DNA of 64,000 nucleotides from Octopus bimaculoides. Its lineage: Eukaryota. Positions within the stretch are counted from its first letter, which is position 1. Each line of letters opens with the position of its first letter. The DNA lies in contig NC_068999.1 of the NCBI RefSeq assembly GCF_001194135.2, positions 49,152,428 to 49,216,427 on the forward strand, read 5' to 3'. Shown here piece by piece: positions 39,601-53,896 of the stretch. The translations under genes were made by a program, and so were the position numbers. The notes beneath the pieces were generated by a model. The model was not told the origin of the DNA. It did not search any database and was given only the letters and a program-made list of their open reading frames with translations.

Positions 39601-42600
39601 TGAATGCTATACCCTAATGACTAGGCCATGTGCCCTCATCATCATTTAATCTCTCATTTTCCATGCTTTGGTATAGTTTCTATAGATGGATGCCTTTCCT
39701 AATGCCACCCACTTTACAGAGTGTGCTGGGTGCTTTTTTTCATGGTACCAGCCATCACTAAGTGAGGTCACCAAGCAGTTCAGTTGCTAGGCAAGACCCC
39801 TAAAGTGAGTGGGGTACAGTATTGAGGGATGTGAAAGCATGAGAGAGGGACAGGAACAGGTGTCTTGCTGAAAAAGTGAATACATAGCTTCCTCAGGCGA
39901 AGATAAAAGTTGAATATGAGAGAAAGAGAATTGAATTAGAGGGAGAGAAAAGACAGGTGGGTAAGTGGGTAGGTAAGTGCACAAGAGTGTGATGAACCTT
40001 TGTGACTAATGAAGAAATGATTATCATTAGCATTATCACTCTATTGAGTTCAGGTTATTTTAATTTTACATAATTTTGTATCACTTGGTTGTAGGGGATT
40101 GATGACTGGGCTTTCACAAGAGTTTCCTCATGTACCTGATACACAAGGCTTTTTTTTTGTGGGATTATTTCATGGAATGGGTCCTTATTTATTTAATGAA
40201 AAATTTATTGCTTGTTAACATTGGAACTGAATGGTACTTATTCTATCAGTTTCTTTTGCCAAACCACTAAGTTACAGGGGACATAAACAAACCATTACCA
40301 GTTGTCAAGTGATAGTAGTGGAGGAGACTAACAGAAAGACACACACACACACACCCATACATTTAAACATATATACACTGGGCTTCTACACAGTTTCCCT
40401 CTATCACATTGACTCACAAGGCATTGATCAGTCTGGGGCTATAGTGGAAGATACTTGTCCAAGATGCCCAAACAGTGGGTTTGAACCCAAAACCACATGG
40501 TTGCAAAGTGAACTTCTTAACCATACAGCCATGTGTGCACCTGTTAGTCAATTCTAATTATATTAACATGCAAATAAGCTTAACAAACAGTAGATCCGTT
40601 ATCCTTCTTAACTATTATTTTGTAAGCAGTTTTCTTTCTGTTATCTTTCTCATTATTTATCTTTCTATTTCTCTACTTCAAATTACTAATTTTTATTGTG
40701 TGGCTAAGTCTTGGAAAATTTAATTAAAATTCCATTGATTTAAAAAAAAAAAAATTATTATTCAATCGTGTTTCTTTTTGAAGTTTAAATTGTCTTTTTA
40801 CTGTTAGGGTTTACTATTTCTTGTTTCTCCCCCCAAACTTAGATGTTACTTATATTCCCAGTTGTATTCAGAAAAAGAGCCATTAATGTAAATGATTTCA
40901 CTGCAAAAGTTTTCGATGTAAACGAGTTTTAGATAAAGCACCAGTTTGAAATAGATAAGAGAAATTGGCCCCACTGATGGAACATGATTGCATTTTCTAT
41001 GTTAGCTTGGTCCAATATATTTGTTATATTGTATTGAATGTTGCCAATCAGCCCATTTAATTTCTCTCCGATCAAGTTACCAATCAATAGAGCTTCTATG
41101 TGGTAACTTGTCCTCTTCAGTCTAGCAGCTGAATTTCTATCATGCATTTTCCTACTCTCAGAAGACCTTAAGAGAGCTATGCTCTCGAGAGATCACTATG
41201 GTTTATACCAGTTTGTTAGACATCACACTTCTTTGTCAGCCTCTGGGAGAGAAAAATCAATATGATCATTGATTGTATGAGTAATATGTTTCAATTTTTA
41301 ACCCTTTAGCGTTTAAGCTGGCCAAAATATTTTACCTGTTTTATGCTCAAACTGGCCAGATCTGGCACTTCATACCTACTTGTTTTATGTTCTAACCAGC
41401 CATATCCAGCCTATCACACCTACCCTTCAATTCCATTCTAAAAAGAAACAATCACATCAAAATATCAAAGCTATGAGACAATATATGATTAATTAAAAAC
41501 AATGAATGAAAGAGCAATACAACTGACAGAACATCTGAATGCTAAATGGTTAAACCGGTTATATCTGGCCCCAAATATCGTACCTGTTTTATGTTCAAAC
41601 CAGCCAGATCCAGCCTCTCACACCTACTCGACGTTTGTTCCTCTGAACATAAGCAGTCACATCATTGAAATCTCAAAGCTGTGAGGTAAGGCAAGATTAA
41701 TTCAAAACAATGTGAATGAATAAACATTATATTTGACAGAGAAATCTGAATGTTAAAGGGTTAAGGGAGTTTGTCTGCTATTTCTGACATATCAAGTCTC
41801 CGCAAAGAGGCCACCTCTTTGCTTGGTCACTCTATGTTGATATTTCTCTTTTCCGATGTTTGTTTCTTTTTTCTTTATAATCCAATATCTTTGGCTGGTT
41901 GTATAAACTTCCTGTTATACATTAAGAAAAATGTAGTGAATTAGCCAACATATATATTGTTGAGTCAGAATTAATATATTTTATACAATAATGTGCATGT
42001 TTCATATTTTCATATTTTTGAATGCTTATATTTTGCTAAGAACAGTGTTTATCTTTCAGTAATTTTTAAAAGATACGTTCAATCTTTGCTATTCTGCTTT
42101 ATTTGGTTGTTTTTCATTTGATAATCCATCTTGTGCTATCAATTTATCTGGAGCTTAATAAATTAGATTGGATTGAAACCCAAGCATGCATGTTTCACTA
42201 GTCAACAGAACGAGGCAGATAACATGAAAGAGAGGGGGGAGGGAAGAAAGAAGAGGGAAAGAGGGAGACAGAAAAGGAATAAGTGAACTGTAGTGGTTTG
42301 TGATTGGCTTTTAATCACTTCACTGAGAAGAGATCTGTTTGACATAATATGGAGATTGAGGAAGCTGGTTTCTGTAAATTTTAAGGTCGACGATGTCCTA
42401 GCAGTTGGATTTTCATATAGACATTCCCACACATTATAGAAATGTGTTTCTGGAAATCTTATTTTTCATTGGCTGCCTTGTGGGGTGGCAGTCAATGAGA
42501 AAATACATTTTGTGTTATAGAATTCCACTTTACAAAAGATCTTCAAGAGCACAGTGCTTCTTGTAACACACAGTAAGGACATCTTATTTCTAGCAATACT

Positions 42601-45600
42601 GGTACTACTTAGCACCCTCTGTCACTTTAGTGACGTCTATAAATTTGTTTTTTGGGTTGTTAAAACCCATATACATACANNNNNNNNNNNNNNNNNNNNN
42701 NNNNATATATATATATATATATAAACCATTCTTAATCCAAACAAGAAGAAATGAAGTTGAAAATGCACATAGAATATATGAGGATTAATTTATATTTTAA
42801 AACACACACACACACACTTTGCTGGTTTCACATTTGATTTTCAAAAGTGTATGTTATGTGGAGTTGCATTGCAAGTTGTCTTTTCTGGCTGTTGTAAAAA
42901 TTGTTGGTTTTTATAGAAAGAATGTTAATTGGCTTCTCTGTATAGGAGAAAGATCTTTCATTTTCATCAGTAACTAAGTTTCCTCATTTACCTCAGGTTA
43001 TAGGGTGGGGCGTGGTGTTTGTGAGTGCTGCCGCTATTAACAGCGTACAAGTATTATTCTCCCTATCTCAATGTGTGTGCGTATGTGTTAATAACATTAG
43101 TGTAAAATTCCAATAAATGATATAACATCAAAAAGGGGAGCAAGCAAACACAGGGGTATCCAGTCTCTTTTATTGATGAAAAACTGGGTCAGTCATAAAC
43201 TGTTACATTTCAGATCTTCTACTCTTTTAAGTTCTTGGTAATCACTCTGTCTCAGCTACTCTCTTGTGATGACTTCAGTCTGGTAACACACATCCCTTCG
43301 TTCTCATTAAATTATTTGTTAATGTTATTCGGTTCAAATTCATCATCATCATCATCGTTTTAACATCCACTTCTCCATGCTTGCATGGGTTGGAGGGAGT
43401 TGTGTCGAAGCAGATTTTCTATGGCTGGATGCCCTTCCTGTTGCCAACCCTCACCTGTTTCCAAGTCAGGTAATGCTCCCCCCTGGCTGGATGTATTTTC
43501 ATGGAAAACTGGAAGCAAAGGGCACTGCTTGTACGATGGTGACAGTCGTTTACAACAGCCACAGTCTCAAAACAAGGAGACACCAACTCTCTCTCTCTCT
43601 CTCTCTCGCACACACAGAGGATAGGCTTCTTTCAATTTCCATCTGCCAAATCAGCCCATATAGTTTTGGTCAATCCTGGGCTTAGAAGAAGACACTTGCC
43701 CAAGGTTCCACACAGTGGGATTGAACCCAGAACCCAGTGGTTGCAGTTCTTTTATTTCTCACATTAGTCAGTTCTCTTTCCGTTTTCTTCTTACTCTCTA
43801 TTTATTTCTCTCTCTCTCTCTCTCATGCTTATGTGCATCCATGCAAACAAACATGTCTAATTTTATAATAAAGGATGGCAATCTATCTTGCTAGTGTCTT
43901 TCTTCATCTCTCTACCTCTCGCTTACTAATTGTTGTAAATTTCTCATATTCCTCCACTGGTGGTTAGCATTCACAAGATTATATTCTCTTCTAGCAGTAA
44001 TACATCAATAGGCACACAGAACACATAAAATTATATATATGGGTGCTTTCAAGCCTTCCCCCTTGTTCTGTATTGTCACAAGACAATAATATAATAAATT
44101 ACTGCTAAGATAGTTAACACCAATCAAATGATATTAAGTTAGTTGAAACCACCAATTTAAGACAAGGCTAAACAACAGCCTCACTGCAGTGCTTATAATG
44201 TCGACCTTTTACTTCCTTTGTCTTGTTTCTCTGGTACAGCAGATCTTAGCTTTATTGGTCTTTATATAAGGAGTTGGTTTCCTGCTATTTTACACACCTT
44301 GGGCAAATGTATGCTACTATAACCCCAGATTGACCAAAGCCTTGTGAGTGGATTTTGTTGACAGAAACTTGAAAGGCGGCAAGCTGACAGAATCGGTAGC
44401 ACGCCGGGCGAAATGCTTAGCGGTATTTCGTCTGCCGCTACATTCTGAGTTCAAATTCCGCCGAGGTTGACTTTGCCTTTCATCCTTTCAGGGTCGATAA
44501 ATCAAGTACCAGTTACGCACTGGAGTTGATGTAATCGACTTAATCCCTTTGTCTGTCCTTGTTTGTCCCCTCTATGTTTAGCCCCTTGTGGGCAATAAAG
44601 AAATAAGAAACTTGAAAGGGCCTCATTGTGTGTGTGTGTGCGCGCGTGCATGCCTTTGTTCTGACATTATGTGATGTTTGTACCAGGGCTGTGGAGTCAG
44701 AAACTATTAAGGGGTAGCTGAAGTTGGAGTCGGTAAAACTATATCGACTCTGACTCACAATATCTTTATTCTTTAATATAAACCAGTTGTAACATATAGC
44801 TCAAAGTACAAGCGTATATATATGCTTTATGAGATATGTAGACCACAATCATTTAATTACATAAAGAGGAGTCAAAGTTGGAGTCAGTGGTGCCAATAGT
44901 AGAGGAGTCAGAGTCGAAGTTTTTTGCTTTGACTCCACAGCCCTGGTTTCTATGGCAGCGAGCTGGCAGAATTGTTAGCATGCTGGATGAAATGCTTAGC
45001 AGTATTTTGCCCGTTGCCACGTTCTGAGTTCAAATTCCGCCGAGGTCGACTTAACCTTTCATCCTTTCGGGGTCGATGAATTAATCATCGGTCGAGTATT
45101 GGGATCAATCTAATCGACTATTCCCCCTCCCCTCAATTTTAGGCCTTATGCCTACAGAAGACAGGATTATGTGATGTTTGTAAATATGCATTGCTGTCAT
45201 ACAAACGATGTATCATTTCCAGTCTTCTGTGAAGAAAGCAACAAAAAGAACATGTCTGGCTATGGGAAATATTACCTTGCTTGGAAACGGGTGAGGGTTG
45301 CTGACAGGAAGGGCATCCAGCCATATGAATTTCGTCTGACCCGTACAAGGATAGAAAAGTGGATGTTAAGTGGTGTGGATGATGATGATGGTAGTCTCCT
45401 CATTGCTTTTACGTCTGTTTTTTTTTTCTGTGTGGGCAGGGTTGGGTGAGACTTATTGAAGCATATTTTATGGCTGATCCCCTTCTTGTTCTCAGCTTTT
45501 GTCTTTTTTTTAGAACTTATTGCTATAAGAGATGTAAAATGTGATGAATGCTTAAATGGTGTCTATACGAGGACACATGGAAGTAAACACACACACACAC

Positions 45601-47121
45601 ACACGCATTTGGACATAACATACACATACGACGGGTTTCCATACAGTTTCCATCTACCAAATTTCACTCCTAAACCATTCGTGAGGCTGATGCTTATAAC
45701 TGACAATTACCCACAGTGCCGCGCAATGAGATGAACTTGTCGTATTTGATGGCATGTGGTGAAGGTGCGTAGCTAAGTGGTTAGGGTATTTGGTTCAAGA
45801 TCGTAAAGTCGTGAGTTCGATACCTGGTGGCGCATTGATCAAGACACTTTAATCCACGTTGTTCCATTCCACTCAGCTGTCAAAAATGAGCAGTTCACGT
45901 ATTTTAAAGAACTAGGCTTGTCACACTCTGTATCATGCTGGATCTCCCCGAAAACTACGTTAAGGGTACACGTGTCTGTGGAGTTCTCAGCCACTTGCAT
46001 GTTAATTTCACGAACAGGTCGTTCAGTTGATCGGATCAACTGGAACCCTTGTTGTTGTAACCGACTGAGTAGCAGATTTCTTTTCTTTTTCTTTTGCGAT
46101 AGCATAAAAGATGCACGGGCGTATTAAATACACCAAAAGGTTTTTAGTTCTTTAAAGCATGTAATTTAGGCCCAACTTCACTTATAGGCCCCGTCATGAT
46201 TTTTTTGAGTCTTTTTTTGTAAACATTGCATCTTATATGCTATCAAATAGAGTAAAACCACGTGTTTGCGTAATGAACATTGTCAACACAGATGCAGATT
46301 AATTAAGGAACAATAACTGTTGCAATTAATAAGCCCTTGGTTATTTGTTTAGAGGAGTAGCTTCCCATGTTTTAAATGTACCCCTCCCCTTCCGTTTCCA
46401 GTTTTGAAGTGTTAATAATGATTGTGTTAACCTTATTTAAAATGCATTTTCTCATAGTAGTCATCTTGGAATTTATTCCTTCCCATTGTCTTAACTCTTT
46501 CTTTCTTTTTTTCTTTCTTTCTTTCTTCTGTTTGAAATAGCTTCTGACCTTCTTATTGATCTGCATGTTCACTTACTCCGACGTATTGGTAAGAAGGTAA
46601 ACACAGAAAAATGGCAACGCAGCATAATAAAGGTAAGTGCTTCATTAATATTTTGAGTAATTATAGAAAATTGAGAATTATCTTTTCTGCTTGTATTTAT
46701 TGACTTGTCAGATAAATTCGTTTTTTTTTTCTCTCCTACTTGGCACTTCATCGTCATGTGGCTGGAAATAGATAAAATTTATTCGGATTTTCAAAACGAT
46801 ATACTAAATTTGTAGAGGAAGAACGGGGCTACATGACAAAAACCACCTGATACTCTACAATAAAAGCATTTTTGTGTTGTTAATTTAAAGAACATTGGAC
46901 CGGATTGAAATAAATGAAAAAAAACAAACAAACAAAAAGAACAAAAACAAACAAAAAGTGCAGGCATGGTTGTGTGGTAAGAAGCTTGCTTCCCAACCAC
47001 ATGGTTCCAAGTCGCTCAGTCCCACTGCATGACACCTTGGGCAGGTGTCTCCTACTGTAGACTCGGGCTGACCAAAATCTTGTGAGTGGATTTGGTAGCC
47101 GGAAACTGAAAGAAGCCTGTC

Positions 47122-47157
<36 letters not shown>

Positions 47158-47744
47158 AATTCATGTGTGTCAATTCATGTGTGTGCGTGTGTGTCTGTGT
47201 TTGTCCCCCCCCTCACTACCGCTTTGGCAACTGATGTTGGTGTATTTACGTCTCTGTAACTTAGCAGTTCTGCAAAAGAGACCGATAGAATAAGTACTAG
47301 GCTGAAAGAGTCCTGGAGTCGATTCATTCAACTAAAACTCTTTAAGACACTGTCCCCAGGTTGGCCACAATCAAATGACCGAAACAAGTAAAAGATGAAA
47401 AAAAAAAACCAGACGATTTTATCTGACAACTCAGTGCATTCATTTTTCTGTGCTTTCATGGATTGTTGGTTTCTTGTTGAAGTAATTGTTTGTATAGCTG
47501 GATACCCATCCTGCCCTTCAATATAATTGATTATACATCTCAGCTATGTATTTTTGATGTTTCAACTTCATAGACGCTACACAGAACACTTCACAATTTC
47601 TTTGTCTTCAGATCTATAACCTCCTCCTTGTCATGCAAGTATAGAAAACTTAAAGCAGTCATCATATTACAATTCTGCTTGTCAATCCATTAATATGTTA
47701 GCATATGTGTTGGACAGTTATCACTATAAATTGGGATTATTGTA

Positions 47745-47787
<43 letters not shown>

Positions 47788-48730
47788 CAATAAGGCAGGG
47801 AGCTGGCAGAACCGTTAGCTTGCTGGGCAAAATGCTTAGTGGCATTTCATATGTCTTTATGTTTTGAGCTCAAATTCTGCTGAGGTGACTTTGCCTTTCA
47901 TCCTTTCAGAATCAATAAAGTAAGTACCAGTTGATCCCTGGGGCTCAATGTAATTGACTTACACCCTCCCTTGGAATTGCTGGCCTTGGGCCCAAATTTG
48001 AAATCATCATCATCATCATTATTATTATCATCATCATCAGAAATACTGCCCTTCAGGTGGGTTTTTTTGCTAGTTCTTATAATTCAAATAGTAGATTGGC
48101 AGAATTGGACAATATGCCTTATGGTATTTCTCGCAGCCCTTTTTGTTCACAGTTTAGATCCTTCCATGGGTAACCTGGCAGGATTTGAGCTCAGATCTGC
48201 TGCTAAGCAATCAATTTTATCCATGCTATACACTTTCACAGTCTTGTAACACTGTTAAAAATCACTTATATATCATATAGTATTTATATTTTTAAGCATT
48301 ATTAAAAAAAATTTTTTTTTTACAGTTTTGCCATTACTTTGATAATGCTGATGCATGGGAAATTGAACAAAATGGTTATGAAAATGTCAAAGTCAGCACC
48401 AAATTAAAAATCTTAAAGGTATGTTTCTCAGCTTCCGTTTTAGAACATTACTTATATTCTTTGAACACTTTAACTATTTTGTATTCTGATTACTTAGTGA
48501 AATGTAATGCTTCTTCACCTACTTTTTGGCATGCGAATCAATGTATTCTATAGCGTAAGCATGTGTAAGCATTTAAGCATTGTTTACTATCTTTCCAAAT
48601 TCTGCTGCATTTCACATGGAATTTTTGATCCTGCAAAGTCATCTTGGTGTATAAGTTGATCCACCTTTCTTGGCTGTAAATTTTGGTCTGAAAAATTTTA
48701 ATTGTATGCTGGAAAATACAGTATTCACAT

Positions 48731-48806
<76 letters not shown>

Positions 48807-51800
48807 TGTATATATACATACACATTATATATATATATATGTATGTATGTATGTATATATATATATATATATATATACACATTATATATATATATGTATG
48901 TATATATACATACACAATATATATATATGTATGTATGTATATATACATACACATTATATATATATATGTATGTATATACACACATTATATATATATATAT
49001 ATATGTATACACGCACATTTATATATGCATATTTCTATATTTAACAATTGACAGAATCTGCTAGAAACTCAGTTTGATTTGAACTTGAAGTTTCGTGAAA
49101 AGATCAGTGATTTTGAACCTAATCAGCTCCGCTGCCAACCTCTTGGTCGAGATATAAATGGAGGCTCCTATTGGTATTTAATTGTAAGTAAAATGTACTT
49201 GACTCATTTTTTGTCTTTTCAGGCACTACTTTTGTTCTTCGTTTATTCCTCCACACCACCTTAAATTTGTGATGATTTCCCTGTAATGTAAATTATAAGT
49301 GCAGGCATCGCTTTAATCATTGACTGTGCAAAACTCAAAACAATAGATCCATATTGACAAGTCTAAAGGATCCATACGTACTTACTCAATCCTTTTGCTC
49401 CCTATGGAGCATAGGTTATTCATAACTTTTCTCCATAGTTCTTGACTCTGTGTTGTCTTTTCTGCTCCCTGAGGGAAGGCCTTCCTCTCCTAAGCCTTGT
49501 TAGTTTTGAATTGTCATCAAGGGTTCTGTAATTTTGCCTTTTCTAGAAAGAGGTGTCGGCTCTACACAAACCCATTTTTACTTCTAGGAAGAGGTGGTCC
49601 ATATTAGCCTGGCTTGTATCGTTTGATCTACTCAGCATGGGAGGCCTTGCCAGGAACTTATGCTCCTGTGTCACGGCTCCCAGGGTCATTAAGGCACACA
49701 AGTCACTCTGCCACAACCAAGGATCTATATTCAACCACAATCTTGTTTTTACTGCATATGTTGGCTAATCCTTTCATGAACATAGAACCCTAAGTTCCAT
49801 TGGTCCAGAGCTTAAATCTGATTTCCTTTCTATTGATAACCCTTTAATATTTCTAGTTTCATTGATGGATTGACAGAATCAGTGGAGCAACAGACAAAAT
49901 GCTTTAACCTTACCATATTTGGCTGCATTTTTTTGTTCTGACTTCAGATTCCAGTAGTGTCATCTTTGCTTATCATCCATTTGAGTGGATGGTGGGAGAG
50001 GTCGATAAAATATGTACCGGCCATATTTGTAATTGATTGATGGTGTTCCTTCCCACCAATTTATTGTCTATGTTAGAAATTATAATTCGTCATTTAACAT
50101 CAGTTTTTCCATGTTGGTATGTGTTGAGTGGTTTGACATGGAGTGGACAGGCTCTGATTGTCTGTTGTAGTATGGTTTCTACGGTTGGATACCCATCCTA
50201 ATGCCAACCACTTTATTGTTTTCCATTCGTTCTATATATCTTTCTCTATCTGCTGCCCAGGACAAAGAATTAAATCTGCGTATTTATCGTGAAGATCACC
50301 CAACCATAAAAGAAGAGGATGAAGTCTGGAGAGTCATATGCAAGTAAGGACCCAATTTCCTGTTTTTAATCATTTATAATTGAAGTATTCTATTCTTCAC
50401 AATGAGAAACTCTGCATGCGTACATTTATCAAGGTGAAACTATGAGCTTAGTCTCCCTGAATGACTGAAAAGACTGGCTTGTGAAAAACAAATGAAGTGA
50501 CATACCAAAACGAGTGAAGGCAGAGTTATAGTGATGTGGTAGCTCATTTCATCTTTGCATGTTGTAACTTATGATCCTAAAATTAAACTAAGTCCAAAGT
50601 TATTGATCTTTCTCTAACTTGCTCTGTTACAAACTGTAAATTTCTAGTTTTCTTTTGAGATTTTGAAAGCAGTTGGAAAAGGTACAAACACAATCCTTAA
50701 AACATATCTTAGGCTTGTGTTGTGTTCGTGTACTGCTGCATAACTCACCGTAAAGCAGCTTGGTAGCCTGTATCAATCTATGCCTCAGTATAGTTGGGTC
50801 CTGTCCAGGACCCAACTATACTTCTGGGAAAAATAGTTTCAATTGGTATTGTGTCCAAAATTTCTGACAAGTGCTTGGCTAAGAAATGGGAGCAAGAGAC
50901 AACTACAATGCTCCCATTTCTCAATGAGAAAATTACTCTACCAGTCCTTGGTGATCCATCAGAGCCATTAAGGCAGCTCACTACTGAAGATTCTAGGGAG
51001 CAGAGGGAGAGAGAGAGATTGAAGTACACATCTACATGTATTTATGCAAGCATACATAAACGTGCATACATGTATATAGACTTGCATGCATGTACACATT
51101 CACACTCAGATGTGCATATATGTATACACACACATGCACATATGTACGCACATGCACATTGTGTTTATCTTCATAATTAGTGTTGATTATGGCGTATCTA
51201 TCATATTATTTTTGTTTGTGTATTTGAATATTATTGTATAAAAAAAATGTGTTAAAAATAGAAACAACAAAATTTATAAAATGCAATATTTCCTCAGGTC
51301 CCATAAGCTTAAGTTATGAAGTGATTTAATCCTCTGATACATGATGATACATTTTTCACTTGTCACTGCTTTCTTTTAACAGGGATCGCGATGATCTTGC
51401 TGGTTTGGTTGCTATCTTGGATTCTGAGATAAATTCCAATAAAGAACAGACTGAAACTGAAGATAAAGATGAAACCAAAGAAATGGAAACTTCTGAATCT
51501 CAGGTGAAACGTAAGTGTCATATAGTTCCATATTCAACCAAATTATTTTGTAATAGAATTACTCTCTGCTTTTGTGTGGGAATGATTCAGCCATGGTAAG
51601 GCACATGGCTTCAGACAGATCCAGGGCAAGTTCTGATACCCCTTTTTCTAGGATCGTTACTGACCCTTCTTGTGATTAGATTTGCTAGTTGCTCAATCAC
51701 TTTCTTTGAGTGTCCAGTATGAGAATTCACAGGTTTTATGAGTAAGAGCCATTTTGGTTACAGCCATTTTGGAATTGCTAATTCAATGCCAACTTATTTG

Positions 51801-53862
51801 ACATCAGATGGTCTTAATCTCTCTCTCTCTCTCTCTCAGCATCAAATTATGTTTATATCTATGTCTCTCTTTATATCTATGTCTCTCTTCTAGATGTGTA
51901 TGTTATTTCTGTGAATGCATTTGACAATTAAGCACAGTTGACTAGACATTTAACTTGTTTTGGTGACTACATTTTGGTACCAGAGGCACTGATGAGCAGA
52001 AAAAACTGCAAAATATCAGTGTCTCTTACTTTTGTCCACTTCAGGGGTAATTTTGTTTTGCATGACTTTGGATTTTTTCCCAACATGCATTACACACACA
52101 CACACACACACACAATATATTTATTGAAACTGAAACAGAGTTAGTCTCATGACTTGAGTTTCAATAAAAACCCATATCATTCCCAACAATAATGAGCATT
52201 CTTCTCTCATTCATCCTACTAAAAGCCAATGTGTGTGTGTGTGTGTGTTTGTATTTATATATATATTCACATTTGCATATGCATAAATAATTTTTTAAAA
52301 ATTGTTTTTCATTCCAGCTGAAATAAAACAACCTCTCTCAGTAGACGAGTTGCTGGATTCTACAGTGAAAAAACCAGAGCATTTTAAAGTTAACCCAATT
52401 ATTATCAAGTCCGAAGGAGACGGCAGTCACGGAAAGAAAAAGTATGAAATCAGCGAAAAGGTTAGGGATGCGACAGAGGAATGCAAAGTTCTTGTGAAAC
52501 CTTTGGCAGAAGGCAGCTATGTGAAAGTGGAGCCTCCCGATGATGGATTTTACAAAATATCCAAGCCCACTACCTCCACCACCACCTCTGCTGCTGACAA
52601 GAAAGACTCGGAGATCCGTAAAATAAATGACGGTTGCCGAGATATCAAAATTGTGCTCAAAAAGGATGAGGCACACACTATTAATAGTGATGACAGCTGT
52701 GAAGCAAAAAAACCACCTGTGGTAAACAAAGATCGCGTCTCTGTAGATACTTCAGGTGTCACGGAAAAGCTGGCTGATAGCAAGCGGGATGATGAAGCAG
52801 AGAAGTCCAAAGATGAAGGTGATAAGAAGGACATTGTTAGCAAGGTGACAGAAGAAGATGTTGAAGGAAAAGATGAGTCCAAGGGCTTTGATAGTAAGGA
52901 GGAGTGTGTTGCCGGTGAGGCAAAGGGGGACAAGCTGAAAGAGAAGCATGTAAAGGATGTTGTTGCTAAGGTGGGCGAAGAGGAAATGGCCAAAACAATT
53001 AGCGGAGCAAAAGATGATGCTTTGCAAGCGAAAGAAGCTAAAGGGGAGAGGTCGGAGGCGGAGGCGAAGGCAGTTAAAAGCACAGGAGAGGAGAAAAGTG
53101 ATGCCAGTGCAGAGGTGAAAGATCAAAGGTCAGAACAGAAGACAAAAGAGAAGGAAGGCAAGATGGGAGGGGATAAGGTACAAGAGAAGAAAGATTCTGT
53201 TGAAAGTAAAGTGAAAAGTGAGAAGTTGCAGGATTGTAAGGATAAAGAGATTAAAGGTGGGAAGCCAAACGATGATAAAGAAGTGAAGGTGAAAGGTGAA
53301 GAGTTGGTAGAAAAGAAGGATAAAGATGTGAATAAGATTGAGGTGAAAGGTGAAGAGAAGAAAGAGAAAGATGTGACAAAACTTGGTAGCAAAGGAGAGA
53401 AGTTACAAGACGATAAAGACGCAGATAAAACTGAGGCGAAAGGGGAAAAGTCCCAAAAAAAGAAAGAGAAAAGTGAGGACGGGAGTGAAATGTCACAGGA
53501 TAAGAAAGAAAAAGGGTCTGTTGAAATTAAGGTCAAAGGTGACCAGTCACAGGAAGGAAAAGATAAGGACAGGAGTAAGGGCGAGGCAAAGGACGAAGAG
53601 TCAAAGAGAAACAATGATAAGGATTCAACTAAAATTGAGGTCAGAGGTGAACTGTCACAAAGTAAGAAGGATAAAGAGAGTATTGCTGAAGAAAGCAAAT
53701 CATCAGAGCAACAGCAGCAGGAGAAGAAGGACAAGCTTGGCATTGAGGCCAAAGCTGAGAAGCGGAAGCTGTCCAGCTGTGAGGAGCCTGGGGTGGAGAG
53801 TAAAAGCCGGAGAGAATGTAGTAAAAGTGGGTCTTCTGACTCTAGTACTACAACTTCTATTG

Positions 53863-53896
<34 letters not shown>

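Noticed and set aside
40929-41147. 72 aa minus-strand ORF ([10 protein letters not shown]...)
   Set aside because: No recognisable motif or splice support; may be old transposon debris.
48538-49064. ORFs of YI/HT/CV/YM repeats here and at many other sites
   Set aside because: Translations of (TA)n, (CA)n and (TATG)n microsatellites, which lack stop codons in some frames.
51983-52026. Second hammerhead-like string GAGGCA-CTGATGA-GCAG(loop)CTGC-AAAATATC-AGTGTCTC
   Set aside because: G12 is absent and stem I is out of register by 2 nt; it folds better as a plain hairpin. At most a decayed element.
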